DNA of 32,000 nucleotides, taken from Crocosphaera subtropica ATCC 51142 (lineage in GTDB: Bacteria; Cyanobacteriota; Cyanobacteriia; Cyanobacteriales; Microcystaceae). A program made the position numbers and the translations under genes. Shown in pieces: positions 9,111 to 19,600 of this stretch (positions within the stretch are counted from its first letter, which is position 1; each line of letters starts with the position of its first letter). The stretch spans positions 150,001 through 182,000 of the forward strand of contig NC_010547.1 of assembly GCF_000017845.1 (NCBI RefSeq). The letters run 5' to 3'. The notes under the pieces were generated by a model. It did no database searches, was not told the DNA's origin, and worked only from the letters and a program-made list of their open reading frames with translations.

Positions 9111-11720
9111 ATGATTAGAAAAAAAATTCAAAAGTTAATTTTGATCAGTTTTTTTATTCTATTACCGAATTATCTCACTAAGAGCTTAGCTCAAATAAGT
9201 CCAGATAATAATTTACCCCAAGCCTCTGAAGTCTTTTCTCCAGATGGACAATTTATGATTATTAATGGAGGAACTGAACGGGGTAATAATTTATTCCATA
9301 GTTTCTCAACATTCATCATTAATAATGGGCAGACAGCCTTCTTTAATAACTCCCCTAATATTACTAATATTTTTAGTCGAGTAACAGGGCTTACTCCTTC
9401 AATTATTGATGGTTTAATTACTAGCAATGGGAGTGTCAATTTTTTTCTGATGAATCCTAACGGAATTACCTTCGGTCCCAATGCTCAAATTGCACTAGGT
9501 TCTTTTTTTGCAACATCTGCCGACAGTATTACGTTTGCTGATGGACAGACATTTCAAGCTACGCCTGATCCTAACTCTCTTCTTAGCTTTGCAAGACCTA
9601 TTGGTGTCGGTTTAAATAATCCTGGGAAAATTGAGATTAAAGGCGCAGGACAACCATTTGAATATACTTTCTTTGAAGTTCCTATTTTACCTATTATTAC
9701 GCCCGAAAATTTACTCAATTTAACGGGATTGAGAGCATTCCCTGGTGCTGGAATCACTCTGGTTGGGGGAGAAATAGAGGTATCTCAAGCTGCTTTGGCC
9801 TCATTGGGAGGTAACTTGGCTTTAGTTAGTATCAAAGAAGGTTTTTATCATATTGACTCTCCAGAAATGTCTAACATTGCTAGATTTGCAGATATTAATA
9901 TATCTGGGTCAGCTTTAGGAATTTCAGGACTCGGAAATCAAGAATCGATCCTTTTATGGGGAAAAGATATTAATGTTAGAAATGGGTCTTTAATTTTTAA
10001 CCAGAATTTAGGCACATCTTCTACTGGCGATATAACTTTAAAAGCCTCTAATTCTATCAATATTAATAGTCAGTTCACACCAACTGTTATTCGGAATCTG
10101 ACACTAGGAACAGGAAATTCTGGTGGACTTAATTTTACGGCTCCTTCGATTTTTATTAAAGATTTAGTTGTTATTGATACGACAACTTTTAACACAGGAC
10201 AAGGCGGAAATGTTCAGCTTGAAGCTGAGAAACTCATGATTTCAGAATCTATTTCCGAGACAATTATCACAGGATTAGGAAGTTTTGTGACCACTCAAGC
10301 TGAAGGAGCAGGAGGGGATATCATAGTTGATGTTGGTGAGTTAATCCTTGAAAAAGGGGCCGGAATTGTTGCTTCTACCGGAGGACTTGGAGATGCTGGT
10401 GATATCAGTATTTCAGCAAGTAATATTACCATCGGCGAACTTAGTAAAAATTTTAATACTCCTGCTTTACTATCATCTGTTTCATTTGGATTAGGAAATG
10501 CTGGCAATGTTAATATCGAAACACAAACCCTTAAATTAAGCCAGGGGGGTGGGATTAGTTCTACTGCCGCTAGTGGGGGAAATGCTGGAAACATTACTAT
10601 TAATGCTAGTAGACGCGTTGAGCTAAGCCAATCTTCTTCTAATTCATTTTTTGAAAATTTTGAACGCTCTGAATTTGGTACCGAACTCAATTCATTTGAC
10701 TTTAGTAATGCTTCAACTATTGGGGGCATTAATTCCTTGGTTTCTCAACCTCCTCCAGAGCTACAAGAAATCTTTAACATTGAATCACAACCAACAGGAA
10801 ATTCTGGCAGTATAACTATTACAACTCCGAATCTAACCCTATCTAATAATGGGGTATTATCCGTTGCTAATTTTGGGACAGGACGAGCAGGTAACATCTC
10901 CATTAAAGCGAACAATATTATTTTAGAAGATAATAGTTTAATTTCTTCGAGCAGTTTAGCAGAAGATGGAGGAGATATTACTGTTGACACTAATAATCTT
11001 TACCTTGATACTAATTCAAGAATTTCAACAGAAGTAGGCATCACTATTCCTGAATTTAGTTCCCTTTTAATTCCAGAAGCTAGTGGCGGTAATATAAATA
11101 TTCGAGCAGATAAAGTTAATTTGAATAATGCTCTAATCGCTACCGATTCTCGAAGTGACAGTGGGGGTAATATTAATTTGAATTCGGAGTTTTTATTTTC
11201 AGAAAATTCGATAATTTCTGCCCGATCTACTGGTTCAGGAAATGGAGGCAATATTAATTTTACTGTAGGTAAGGGTATTGTTTTATTCGGAGAAAATGAA
11301 ATTATTGCTGAAGCAGTAGAAGGTAATGGGGGGAATATTTCTATTACTACTCCTGTCTTTTTACCTTCAGCTACCACTCGCATTTCTGCTTCTTCGTCTT
11401 TTGGTTTAGATGGCAATATTGATATACAAACTCCAGACAATAATCTACTTTCAGCTATTATTCCCATAAAAGCACAAATCCTAGAAATCGATGACTCAAT
11501 TACTCAAAATTGCTCTCCACAAAACCAAAATCGATTTGTTATTCCTGGCTCTGAAACTTTACCTCCTACTCCCGAAAATCTACCAGGTCGGATTATTGAA
11601 TATAATCCTCAAGAAGAAGAACTTAATACACCTATTCAACCCAATGCAGTTATTAAAACTGAAGATGAACAGATTTTATTGGTTAATTTATGTCTAAAAA
11701 GAAATGCTAGAACCTATTGA
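9111..11720 (+). CDS. Two-partner-secretion exoprotein (TpsA) with filamentous-haemagglutinin N-terminal TPS domain and beta-helix repeats
   Basis: 869 aa. Signal peptide, TPS-domain motifs (NLFHSFSTF, NIFSRVTG, NFFLMNPNGITFG), and many GNAGNIxI / GGNINI repeats. Confidence 0.85.
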   Translation: MIRKKIQKLILISFFILLPNYLTKSLAQISPDNNLPQASEVFSPDGQFMIINGGTERGNNLFHSFSTFIINNGQTAFFNNSPNITNIFSRVTGLTPSIIDGLITSNGSVNFFLMNPNGITFGPNAQIALGSFFATSADSITFADGQTFQATPDPNSLLSFARPIGVGLNNPGKIEIKGAGQPFEYTFFEVPILPIITPENLLNLTGLRAFPGAGITLVGGEIEVSQAALASLGGNLALVSIKEGFYHIDSPEMSNIARFADINISGSALGISGLGNQESILLWGKDINVRNGSLIFNQNLGTSSTGDITLKASNSININSQFTPTVIRNLTLGTGNSGGLNFTAPSIFIKDLVVIDTTTFNTGQGGNVQLEAEKLMISESISETIITGLGSFVTTQAEGAGGDIIVDVGELILEKGAGIVASTGGLGDAGDISISASNITIGELSKNFNTPALLSSVSFGLGNAGNVNIETQTLKLSQGGGISSTAASGGNAGNITINASRRVELSQSSSNSFFENFERSEFGTELNSFDFSNASTIGGINSLVSQPPPELQEIFNIESQPTGNSGSITITTPNLTLSNNGVLSVANFGTGRAGNISIKANNIILEDNSLISSSSLAEDGGDITVDTNNLYLDTNSRISTEVGITIPEFSSLLIPEASGGNINIRADKVNLNNALIATDSRSDSGGNINLNSEFLFSENSIISARSTGSGNGGNINFTVGKGIVLFGENEIIAEAVEGNGGNISITTPVFLPSATTRISASSSFGLDGNIDIQTPDNNLLSAIIPIKAQILEIDDSITQNCSPQNQNRFVIPGSETLPPTPENLPGRIIEYNPQEEELNTPIQPNAVIKTEDEQILLVNLCLKRNARTY

Positions 11721-13346
11721 AAAATAGGTAGTCTGCTCAAAATTCTCAGATACATCATTCAAGGGTTCTGCTATGCCTAAATTTATGTCTATTCCCTTAA
11801 TTTTCCAATGTAGATTAAGCCCAACACTTCCTAAAGTTGTAGGTTCTAATAAAATAGCTTCATTTCTTTTGTTCCAGACGTATCCAAAAGCCGCATAAGG
11901 ATTAATGGTGATTGCTCCTAAACTGGAACTTTTTAAAACTGTTTGTCTCAAATCAGCTTTGATATTGATTCCATTATCTCCACGACGTAAGTTTAAATCA
12001 TAGCCAGGAACTGTTGAAAATCCACCAATCGGAAATTGTTCTGAAGGCAAAACTCCAAAACTTTTTCCTAACGAAGAAGGGGTTAGTTGTAAGGAGCCAA
12101 ATAGAGAAAATAATAAGTTTTCATTTAGCTTTTCAAGCCAGTTAGATTGTAGTCGAAAGAGAACAAAAGGGTCTGAAGTCTCCGATAAAGAATCTCCACC
12201 AACCGTTATTTCTCCTCGATTAATCAATGCGCCTGTTGGCCATTTTTCTTCCCATGTTGTCCCTATTCTCAGGGTATAAATATCGTATTGACCATCAAGC
12301 GTTTGAGGAGAAAAAGAAAAACGTCTTCCTAACACGAATGTTTCACTTCGTTGCCAACCTAATTCTAAATCCACTCCTAAATCTGTTCGAGAACTTTTTA
12401 TTATGGGTTGTGTGATCTCTAAAAAAAATTTTTGGTACTCCCCTTCAATGTCAAAAGTTTCTAGTGGTTGACGAATCACCTCAGAATTTCCAATTTCATA
12501 GTGAAATTGAAAAGAAAGGCAATCAATTAAACACAAAGGAATTTGATAGTCTATCAAAGCTTGTTCACTTCCTTCTGAAACTATCCCACTTACGTCTAAT
12601 TTATCACTTTTTCCTGATAAATTGTTAGCAATAAACTGAAAATTTCCTGCCTCTTGACCTGAATTAAATGAACCATAGTTATTTCCTTGTAAATGAATTC
12701 GGTATTGCTCTCCTTGTTCAATTTTCAGTTTGAGATTAGAAAATTTTGGTAATGTTCCCTTTTGTAGCTCCGATTCAATTTTAGTTAAATTATATTTAAT
12801 TTTTAATAATTGTAGTCCTTCTAGAAGATCATCGACATTAAGTGGTTTTCCTGCTTGACGATGTAGCCAATTTTTAATTAAGCTATTCTCTATTTTTCTA
12901 CCAAAACCATCAGTAATGTCAATTTTGTCTAGTTCTCCTTCAATAACTTTTATAGTTACTACCCCCTGAGAAATATCTTGTTCGACTGGTGGATATGCTT
13001 CTGAAGTTAAAAAGCCTTTATTCCAATAAAATTGAGAGACTTCTCTAGCAATTTGCTGTAAATTAGATAAGGTAGCAGGTTGCTTTAGAAATTTTCGAGT
13101 TATCAGATTTAACTCTTCTGTTAAAAACTCACTATTTCCTTTAATAATTATCTTTTTTATTAATAGAGTTTCACAAAAAATATTTTTATCTTGCGATTCA
13201 ATAAACCTATGATTAGTTCTTAACTTTTCAGAAGCTACTAAATTTTGTTGCTGAAATAAAAAAATTACACTAAAGACTAAATAAAAACAGAATTGACTCA
13301 TTAAAACGACTAAAATCCAATAGGTTTTACTAAGAAGAATAGACAT
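11694..13346 (-). CDS. ShlB/FhaC/HecB-family TpsB outer-membrane transporter (POTRA + beta-barrel)
   Basis: 550 aa. Signal anchor, POTRA-like region (IIIKGNSEF..., VTIKVIEGELDKIDI), and a beta-barrel ending in an aromatic residue (SISF). Convergent with the TpsA gene; the 3' ends overlap by 27 nt. Confidence 0.85.
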   Translation of the reverse strand: MSILLSKTYWILVVLMSQFCFYLVFSVIFLFQQQNLVASEKLRTNHRFIESQDKNIFCETLLIKKIIIKGNSEFLTEELNLITRKFLKQPATLSNLQQIAREVSQFYWNKGFLTSEAYPPVEQDISQGVVTIKVIEGELDKIDITDGFGRKIENSLIKNWLHRQAGKPLNVDDLLEGLQLLKIKYNLTKIESELQKGTLPKFSNLKLKIEQGEQYRIHLQGNNYGSFNSGQEAGNFQFIANNLSGKSDKLDVSGIVSEGSEQALIDYQIPLCLIDCLSFQFHYEIGNSEVIRQPLETFDIEGEYQKFFLEITQPIIKSSRTDLGVDLELGWQRSETFVLGRRFSFSPQTLDGQYDIYTLRIGTTWEEKWPTGALINRGEITVGGDSLSETSDPFVLFRLQSNWLEKLNENLLFSLFGSLQLTPSSLGKSFGVLPSEQFPIGGFSTVPGYDLNLRRGDNGINIKADLRQTVLKSSSLGAITINPYAAFGYVWNKRNEAILLEPTTLGSVGLNLHWKIKGIDINLGIAEPLNDVSENFEQTTYFSIGSSISF

Positions 13347-13424
13347 TATAGCATTTTTGTGTCAAAATAGCATCATTTTTTACTTTAGACTAAATCTGCT
13401 AAATTTAAAAACATCTATTTTGGT

Positions 13425-13712
13425 GTGAGAACAAGTTTAAACAACGTGGGAAAGCGAATTAGCATCACTCTATCAGACGAAATTCTTGAGGATCTCGAAA
13501 TCTGGGCGCAGCAACGAGGTCAAACCGTCGCTGGACTGGCTGCACTTTTGGTTGAAAAAGCGGTTACAGAGGCTCAAATTAGCACGATTAAATTGAGTGA
13601 AGACACTTCAGCCTCTTTACGCGAACTAGCCAAAGAAGAAGGTTTAACACCTGCTGCTTTGGCTCAAAAACTTCTGGTTAAAGCTTTAAAACAGAAAGAC
13701 TATGACAAATAG
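13425..13712 (+). CDS. Small DNA-binding protein with two tandem ribbon-helix-helix-like units
   Basis: 95 aa. Unit 1 is KRISITLSDEILEDLEIWAQQRGQTVAGLAALLVEKAV. Unit 2 is IKLSEDTSASLRELAKEEGLTPAALAQKLLVKAL. The start is uncertain (GTG at 13425 or GTG at 13446). Confidence 0.55.
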   Translation: MRTSLNNVGKRISITLSDEILEDLEIWAQQRGQTVAGLAALLVEKAVTEAQISTIKLSEDTSASLRELAKEEGLTPAALAQKLLVKALKQKDYDK

Positions 13713-13743
13713 TTTAATGGTAGTGTATGGGAGATCATAATTA

Positions 13744-14400
13744 ATGCGACTTCATCTGTCTCTCGATTCGGAACACATTGTCCCTCCCAAAAAAATCCCT
13801 CAACACGATGAATGTGGGATTTTAATTGTCGAGGATGAAAAAATATGGCGACAAATTTATAAAATTAATCTTTTCAAACAGAGTAGTAACCGTAAATATA
13901 AATTCTATGAAGCCTCTAATGGACGAGAAGCTTTAACCCTGCTCGCACAGCATTCTTCTTCTATTAGAATCATTCTGCTCGATTTAGTCATGCCTACAAT
14001 GGAAGGCCAAGAATTTATTGAATTTTTGGTCACTAAATGGGGCCTTAGTCATTTAGGAATATTTGTTCTGACCGCCTATGGGAATGAAGAAACAATGCAA
14101 CAATCTCAGTTACGTGGAGTCCGAGCTTTTATTGATAAACAAAACATTAATTTTGAGCAAGTTTCTTTATTAATCGAACAATTTCTTGATATAGCTGAAA
14201 AACCAAAAGGTATTTCTACAGGATTTTATTTAGAAAATCGTCCCTCTTCGACAGGAGATCGTGAAGACATTTATCTACGATGGAACTTAGGGGAAGAAAG
14301 AGCCGAGGGGTTTCGTCTCGGACCAATTGAAGAAATAGAAGCCGTTGATTTGCCCAATTTGCGTACAGAGTTCGATATTGATCAGGCTCAGGAGCCTTAA
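13744..14400 (+). CDS. Response regulator: receiver domain plus an unassigned ~80-aa C-terminal region
   Basis: 218 aa. ILIVEDE acidic pocket, phospho-acceptor context ILLDLVMP, VLTAYG. No recognisable HTH output domain. Confidence 0.75.
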   Translation: MRLHLSLDSEHIVPPKKIPQHDECGILIVEDEKIWRQIYKINLFKQSSNRKYKFYEASNGREALTLLAQHSSSIRIILLDLVMPTMEGQEFIEFLVTKWGLSHLGIFVLTAYGNEETMQQSQLRGVRAFIDKQNINFEQVSLLIEQFLDIAEKPKGISTGFYLENRPSSTGDREDIYLRWNLGEERAEGFRLGPIEEIEAVDLPNLRTEFDIDQAQEP

Positions 14401-14787
14401 TTTCATAGCTGAAAATCTCTTCTGAGAACCTCTCCGAGCCAACATCAAGGATGACTCCCTCTTAGAATAGGTTGCTTTTTCTTCCTTTTTGAAGTAAGGT
14501 GACTATTAATGTAGAATGAGCATCTATATAGACTCATCTGAGGGTTACAATATTTTAAGTTTACACCATTAAATAAAAACTCTCCCTAACATCAGTTTTA
14601 AATCCTCAGAAAAAGCCTCATTCTCAGATTATAAAACATCACTCGCTTTTATCTAATGATTACTTTTTTCTGCTTCACAATTATCTTCTCTAACTTCTTT
14701 GACCCTCTCTTTATCGTTGAGTGTACGGCGAAGGATATCTCTACCTTGATTGCCTTCTGTCTATAAAAGGCAGTTTGAGAACAATAA

Positions 14788-15669
14788 TTGATGGAGAACA
14801 AAACAAAAATGACTACTTTATTACAATCCGCTGAGCAAGATTTTAGCACAGTAAAACTAAGTTTGGATTTTAATGTGTCTATTGCAGAAGGACTGCTACA
14901 AAGACTAGAGAAACTCACTGACGAAAAAGAAATCAAACGCTTTATTAAGCAGCACGGAGGGAAAAACTTTGTTGAGCCTTACACCCAAATCGCTACTTGG
15001 TATCGTTCTTTGACCCATGAATGGCAAGACCAGATCAGTTCTCTTCCTTTCTGGACTATTGAAAAGAATCAATGGGCTAAATTAGCACAGCTAAGTTTAG
15101 ACCAGCTAAAGGAATGGTATGAAGAAATTATGAGACTTTCAGAAGACAGTTCAGAAAAAAGTAATACCAATCTATTATCTCCAAGAATCTTGAATCAAAC
15201 TGTTGCCAAATTTCTTCCCAAGGCTCCTAAAACTTCTCTTAAGCTTGGACAACCTGTAGAGGATGAAGATTATGAAGTCTTGCTCAACATCAAGGACTAT
15301 GATTTCACACCTGAAACTTTAGAGGAATTTAAAACAGAAATCTCGGAACTTGCTAAGCAAGACCCTATTACAGAAGACTTATTTTTTCCTCTCGAAAAAC
15401 GAGGATTTGATCCGAATTTGATTCTTTCTCGAACTGATTGCCTTGTGCTTGAGAATCAAAAAGCTGTAGTTAAACTTGAGAAAAAGAATAAGGAAATAGA
15501 TACTCTTAATTCTCAATTTACACAAGTTAAGCAAGAACTTAATCAAAGTCAACAAAAAGTCGAGCAGTTGACCCACAACCTCAATCAACACCAACAACTA
15601 ATTAATCAACTCACAGAAAGATTGACTAAGCTAGAACAACAACGTACCCCAGTAGAAACCTTAGTTTAG
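14788..15669 (+). CDS. Hypothetical protein with C-terminal Q-rich coiled coil
   Basis: 293-aa ORF. The last ~70 aa have heptad-like periodicity (LNSQFTQVKQELNQSQQKVEQLTHNLNQHQQLINQLTERLTKLEQQ). No family recognised. Confidence 0.5.
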   Translation: MMENKTKMTTLLQSAEQDFSTVKLSLDFNVSIAEGLLQRLEKLTDEKEIKRFIKQHGGKNFVEPYTQIATWYRSLTHEWQDQISSLPFWTIEKNQWAKLAQLSLDQLKEWYEEIMRLSEDSSEKSNTNLLSPRILNQTVAKFLPKAPKTSLKLGQPVEDEDYEVLLNIKDYDFTPETLEEFKTEISELAKQDPITEDLFFPLEKRGFDPNLILSRTDCLVLENQKAVVKLEKKNKEIDTLNSQFTQVKQELNQSQQKVEQLTHNLNQHQQLINQLTERLTKLEQQRTPVETLV

Positions 15670-15998
15670 TTATCAACTGAAAATTGAACTGTGCACCGCT
15701 AAGCGGATCTCTTTGAGAGCGCTTACGACTAAGTATGAAGCAGACTTCTAGCACCAGAGATAGCTTATTTAACATAAGCTAACCCCAGATGGTGATTTAG
15801 GGGTACAATAGTTGATATCTTACACGCTTTAATGCAGAAGATGATGTCCACTCAGAGATTCACAGACAAAAGAAGCCATATAAATGCCGAAACGCCGTCG
15901 GCTTGGGGAAGTTTGACGGACGTTTCTAATATGAGGTTTCTTCCTGGGTACTCTCTGTTTCGCCAAAGGAGGTGACTTATAGAAGAGTAGGAAGTATT

Positions 15999-16111
15999 AA
16001 ATTTTTGAGGCGGTTAGCGTTGCGACGCTAAAGCTATAAATTTTTAGCCACAACACCTTTATGATAAGCGAAAGTTGTGGTCTACGCAATCTTTTTGTCA
16101 AATTTTTAGGC
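15999..16111. repeat. Three iteron-like direct repeats, AAATTTTT(G)AG(G/C)C
   Basis: AAATTTTTGAGGC at 15999, AAATTTTTAGCC at 16038 and AAATTTTTAGGC at 16100. They lie in an ORF-free region upstream of the Rep gene. Confidence 0.35.
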
Positions 16112-16604
16112 TTGATGCAAAAATTCAGCGTTAATTAGCGAAAAAAGGCTTATTTGTTGAAAATCTTACTATGAAGTGAGATATGCTCTTCATGCTTATT
16201 TTTTAAGCGTGAAAGAACATCATTCAATAAATCAACCAAACCGTCTCTAGCAGTGTCATCTGCCGTCTCTGAAGCTTACATCGATTGCATAGTTATTGAA
16301 AAAAAAAGAAAAGAAGCTGGAATGCTTTGTTATCGTGTCTTAATCTCCAATGAACCCACTACCAAAGTAATCAGTTGATGTCATTGAGAATGGCAACAAC
16401 AACAAAAGCTGGAAAAAATCATATTCCAGCGACATAGAAACATATACTTTTAAATCCTAGCTTTTGTTGCAAGGAAATAGTAGAGATTGAGATCACAAAT
16501 AAGGAACATCGTTAATAACAGTCATCTATCTGTTAAGGCTATGATCCTTAGATAACCGGTATCTCCAGCAGTACATCCCCACAAAACTGTAAGGAGAAAA
16601 AATT

Positions 16605-19600
16605 ATGAAATTCCCACAAATTGATCGCAATTTAGCTCAACGTCAGTTAGCTCTGTTAGGACACAACATCAACAAACCTGTGTACTTGCGATTTTTCTAC
16701 CCAAGTGACGATCCACGCAAAGACGGAGACTCAGGAAGAAAAGCAGACCGACTTAATTGGAACCAAATTGAACAGTACCAAAAAGAAGGACGTGGGGCTT
16801 ATGTGGTAGTAAATGGGGGTGGACATAAAAACTCCGATGTGACCCAAGGAACTGCAATTTTTATTGAGCATGATGACCTAGAAAAAGATATCCAACGCGA
16901 ACTTTGGAAGACATTGGAACTCCCCGAACCCACATTCCAAGTGGACACCGGTGGGAAATCTGTGCATTCCTACTGGGTATTTGAAACACCGATAGAGATA
17001 GAAAAATGGTCCCAGTTGCAAAAAGACCTCCTCGAATATGCAGATGGCGATCGCTCAATTAAGAACCCTGCGCGAGTAATGAGGTTAGCAGGGGGATGGC
17101 ACATATCCTATGATGAAAACGGAAACCCTATTTATAACCAAACAAAGATTATCTCTGCATCAGCCAAGACTTATAGTTTTGAAGAACTACGAGAACTGAT
17201 TCCAGAGAAAAAAGAACGGCTACCCCTAGTAGAAGCAGCCAACCACCGTGATTTTGTAAACAATGTTTCAGACAATTTAAGCACGTCTAGTTTACCACGA
17301 CATCCTGAGCAGATAAGTGTTCCCGTATCGTCGTCGGTTCCGTTGTTGCAATGTTGCCGAAAGGAAGTCAGGGAATGGGTAACTACAGGAGTTCCCAAAG
17401 GGTGTAAACGAAACGATACAGCAATTAATGTCGGCTTAGAACTGATTGCGGTTGAGGGATACTTGCAAACCATAGGGCAAAGTTACAGTGACTCAGCTGC
17501 TTCGTTGTTCCATGAATTCTGTCAACGTAGTGGGATGACGGCTTCAGAAGAGGATGAAAGATACCAATGGTGCCAAAAGACTAATAGTGACCCAAGTTGC
17601 CCTCCAGAAGCCATAGAAGCGTGTATTAGAGCATGGTATTGGAAGGAAGTGGTTCAACCTCAGAAACGACAGAATCAAATCTTGTCAGAGGGAAGACAAA
17701 AAACAGCAACTAAGGAGAATAAGAAAGAGGAACAACCTAAGATTAATCTCCTTGATGCAGTCAAAGAAATTATCAAAGAACTGCCTCAAGACTCATTGAG
17801 ATATATGGCCTTAATTAACTTAGCAGCCCGAACCGGTTATCAATACCGTGAAATAGAGTTATTAGCCAGAACCATAGAAAGAGAAGAAACCCTAGATGAA
17901 GAAACAGCAGAAGCGATCGCATCCTTATCAACAAACCTGAATCTATACCAACAACGATTAGACATCAGCCGATACTTAGAGAAAGACTTTGCAGGGTTAA
18001 TGATAGATGCAGCCAATGCGATGCCAACAGCCCCGGAGTATTTATTTAATACGCTATTGCCAGTTGTAGCCGCCTGTGGAGGAACGAGTTCAACAGTGGT
18101 GGCTAATGGGACAGGAGGATATGAACAGCCGTTGATTTTCTGGACGGGAAATGTGGCCCACTCAGGACAAGCCAAGACACCACCGCAACAGGTGATTATT
18201 AAACCATTGACTGACTTAGAAGCAGAAGCAGCCGATAAATACAATCTTTTGAAACGGGAATATGAACAAGATAAATCAGGGGATATTCCCAGTCCCACCA
18301 GGGAAAGATTCATGATGACTAATGTAACCATCACCACCAAGATGAGGATACATGGTGAAAATCCAAGGGGCTTATTGGAATATATGGATGAGTTATCCAG
18401 TGATTTTCGTCGGTTGAATCAATATAAGAAAGGAGGTGTAGGTGACGATAAAGAACAAGAATTAAGCTTCTTTAATGGTAGTTCGATTAGTTATGACCGC
18501 AGTGATTCTCGGTTATTCCTAGATAAAACCGCTTTAAGTAAAACCGGAACGATCCAATGGGATACCTTATCTAAGTTGATGGATAATTCTGGTTTTATCG
18601 AATCAGGATACATGGCCCGGTTCTTATTGTGTTCCATTGGGAATGCCCCAAAACGGTACTTAGACCTATTCCAAGAAACCAATGCGGTTCCCGACTTACA
18701 ACACAAGTTAAGGTGGCTCTATGAGCAAATGAGAGAATTACCCGAACAGACATATTTGCTAGACCACGATGCTAAAGTTTTATTTCAAGCATGGAACCAT
18801 ACCTTAGTGGATTTTGGCATCAGAGAATATAACCATGCCTTAAGTCTGGTCTATCCCAAAATAGAATGTTACACCCTTCGCTTGGCCTTATGGTTGCATT
18901 TAGTTAATTCCTTGTTACGAGGAGAAAAACCGCATCTAGTCATTGATGGGGAAACTATGAAAGCCGCCATTGAAATGGGTTCGTTTTACTTAGGTCAACA
19001 TCGACTCATTTTTACAAATACCGACTCCTCTAATGAGCTAGAAGGAATTTTACTAAAAATCCATACTAAAGCTCTCAATGTTTACCAACAGACGGAAAAG
19101 GGGGTTAGTGCCTCCTGGGCTAAGAAAAATTTTAACGCCCTCAAAAAAATGTCCACTGACCAAATACGCGCTAAATATTTTCAAGTTCTTGCTGGTAATG
19201 GTTACGGAAAATTAGAAGGGGTTGGAAAATCAATGAAATATATTCCCTTTGAACAACGATTTTGTTTTTCTGACACTCATAATCTAGAAGTTGATGATAG
19301 TTGCAAAAGTTCTGGTAATTCGATGGAGGTATCAATTGCCGAAATGCCTATCCAGACTTGCTTTAAAGAAAAAGTTGCTAAAATTGATGACTCAACGTAC
19401 TCGAAAATTATAGACAACATACTAGATAATCAAAGTGCTTGTGTTAGTGCTTCTACTACTACTACATTCCCTATCTCAGAATTGACTCCAAATAATCATC
19501 AACTTATCAACCAATCACAGTCAAAACTAGATGCTAAGTCGCTTACAGAGGTTGAGCCACCTCCTCAATCTGAAAATCAACCACCAAAAACGAATACAGA

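Noticed and set aside
9191-11467. Five antisense ORFs (81-155 aa) inside the TpsA gene, and similar shadow ORFs in the kinase, CHAT, Rep and GHKL genes.
   Set aside because: They lie entirely within longer ORFs that have clear domain content. They also have low-complexity, repeat-mirrored sequences, which is typical of frame shadows of repetitive genes.
14649-14936. A 95-aa Ser-rich minus-strand ORF.
   Set aside because: The sequence is low-complexity, overlaps the start of the more plausible + strand ORF at 14788, and has no recognisable motif.
15832-15975. A 47-aa + strand ORF (MQKMMSTQRF...) in the ORF-free region upstream of Rep.
   Set aside because: It has no Shine-Dalgarno sequence, its basic composition is unremarkable, and it spans the 15889-15926 hairpin. 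It cannot be supported without conservation data.
14401-16604. A tRNA or tmRNA gene, or an att site, marking an integration boundary.
   Set aside because: No cloverleaf-compatible sequence, and no long direct repeat matching the right part of the window, was found by eye. A proper tRNAscan and repeat search is still needed.
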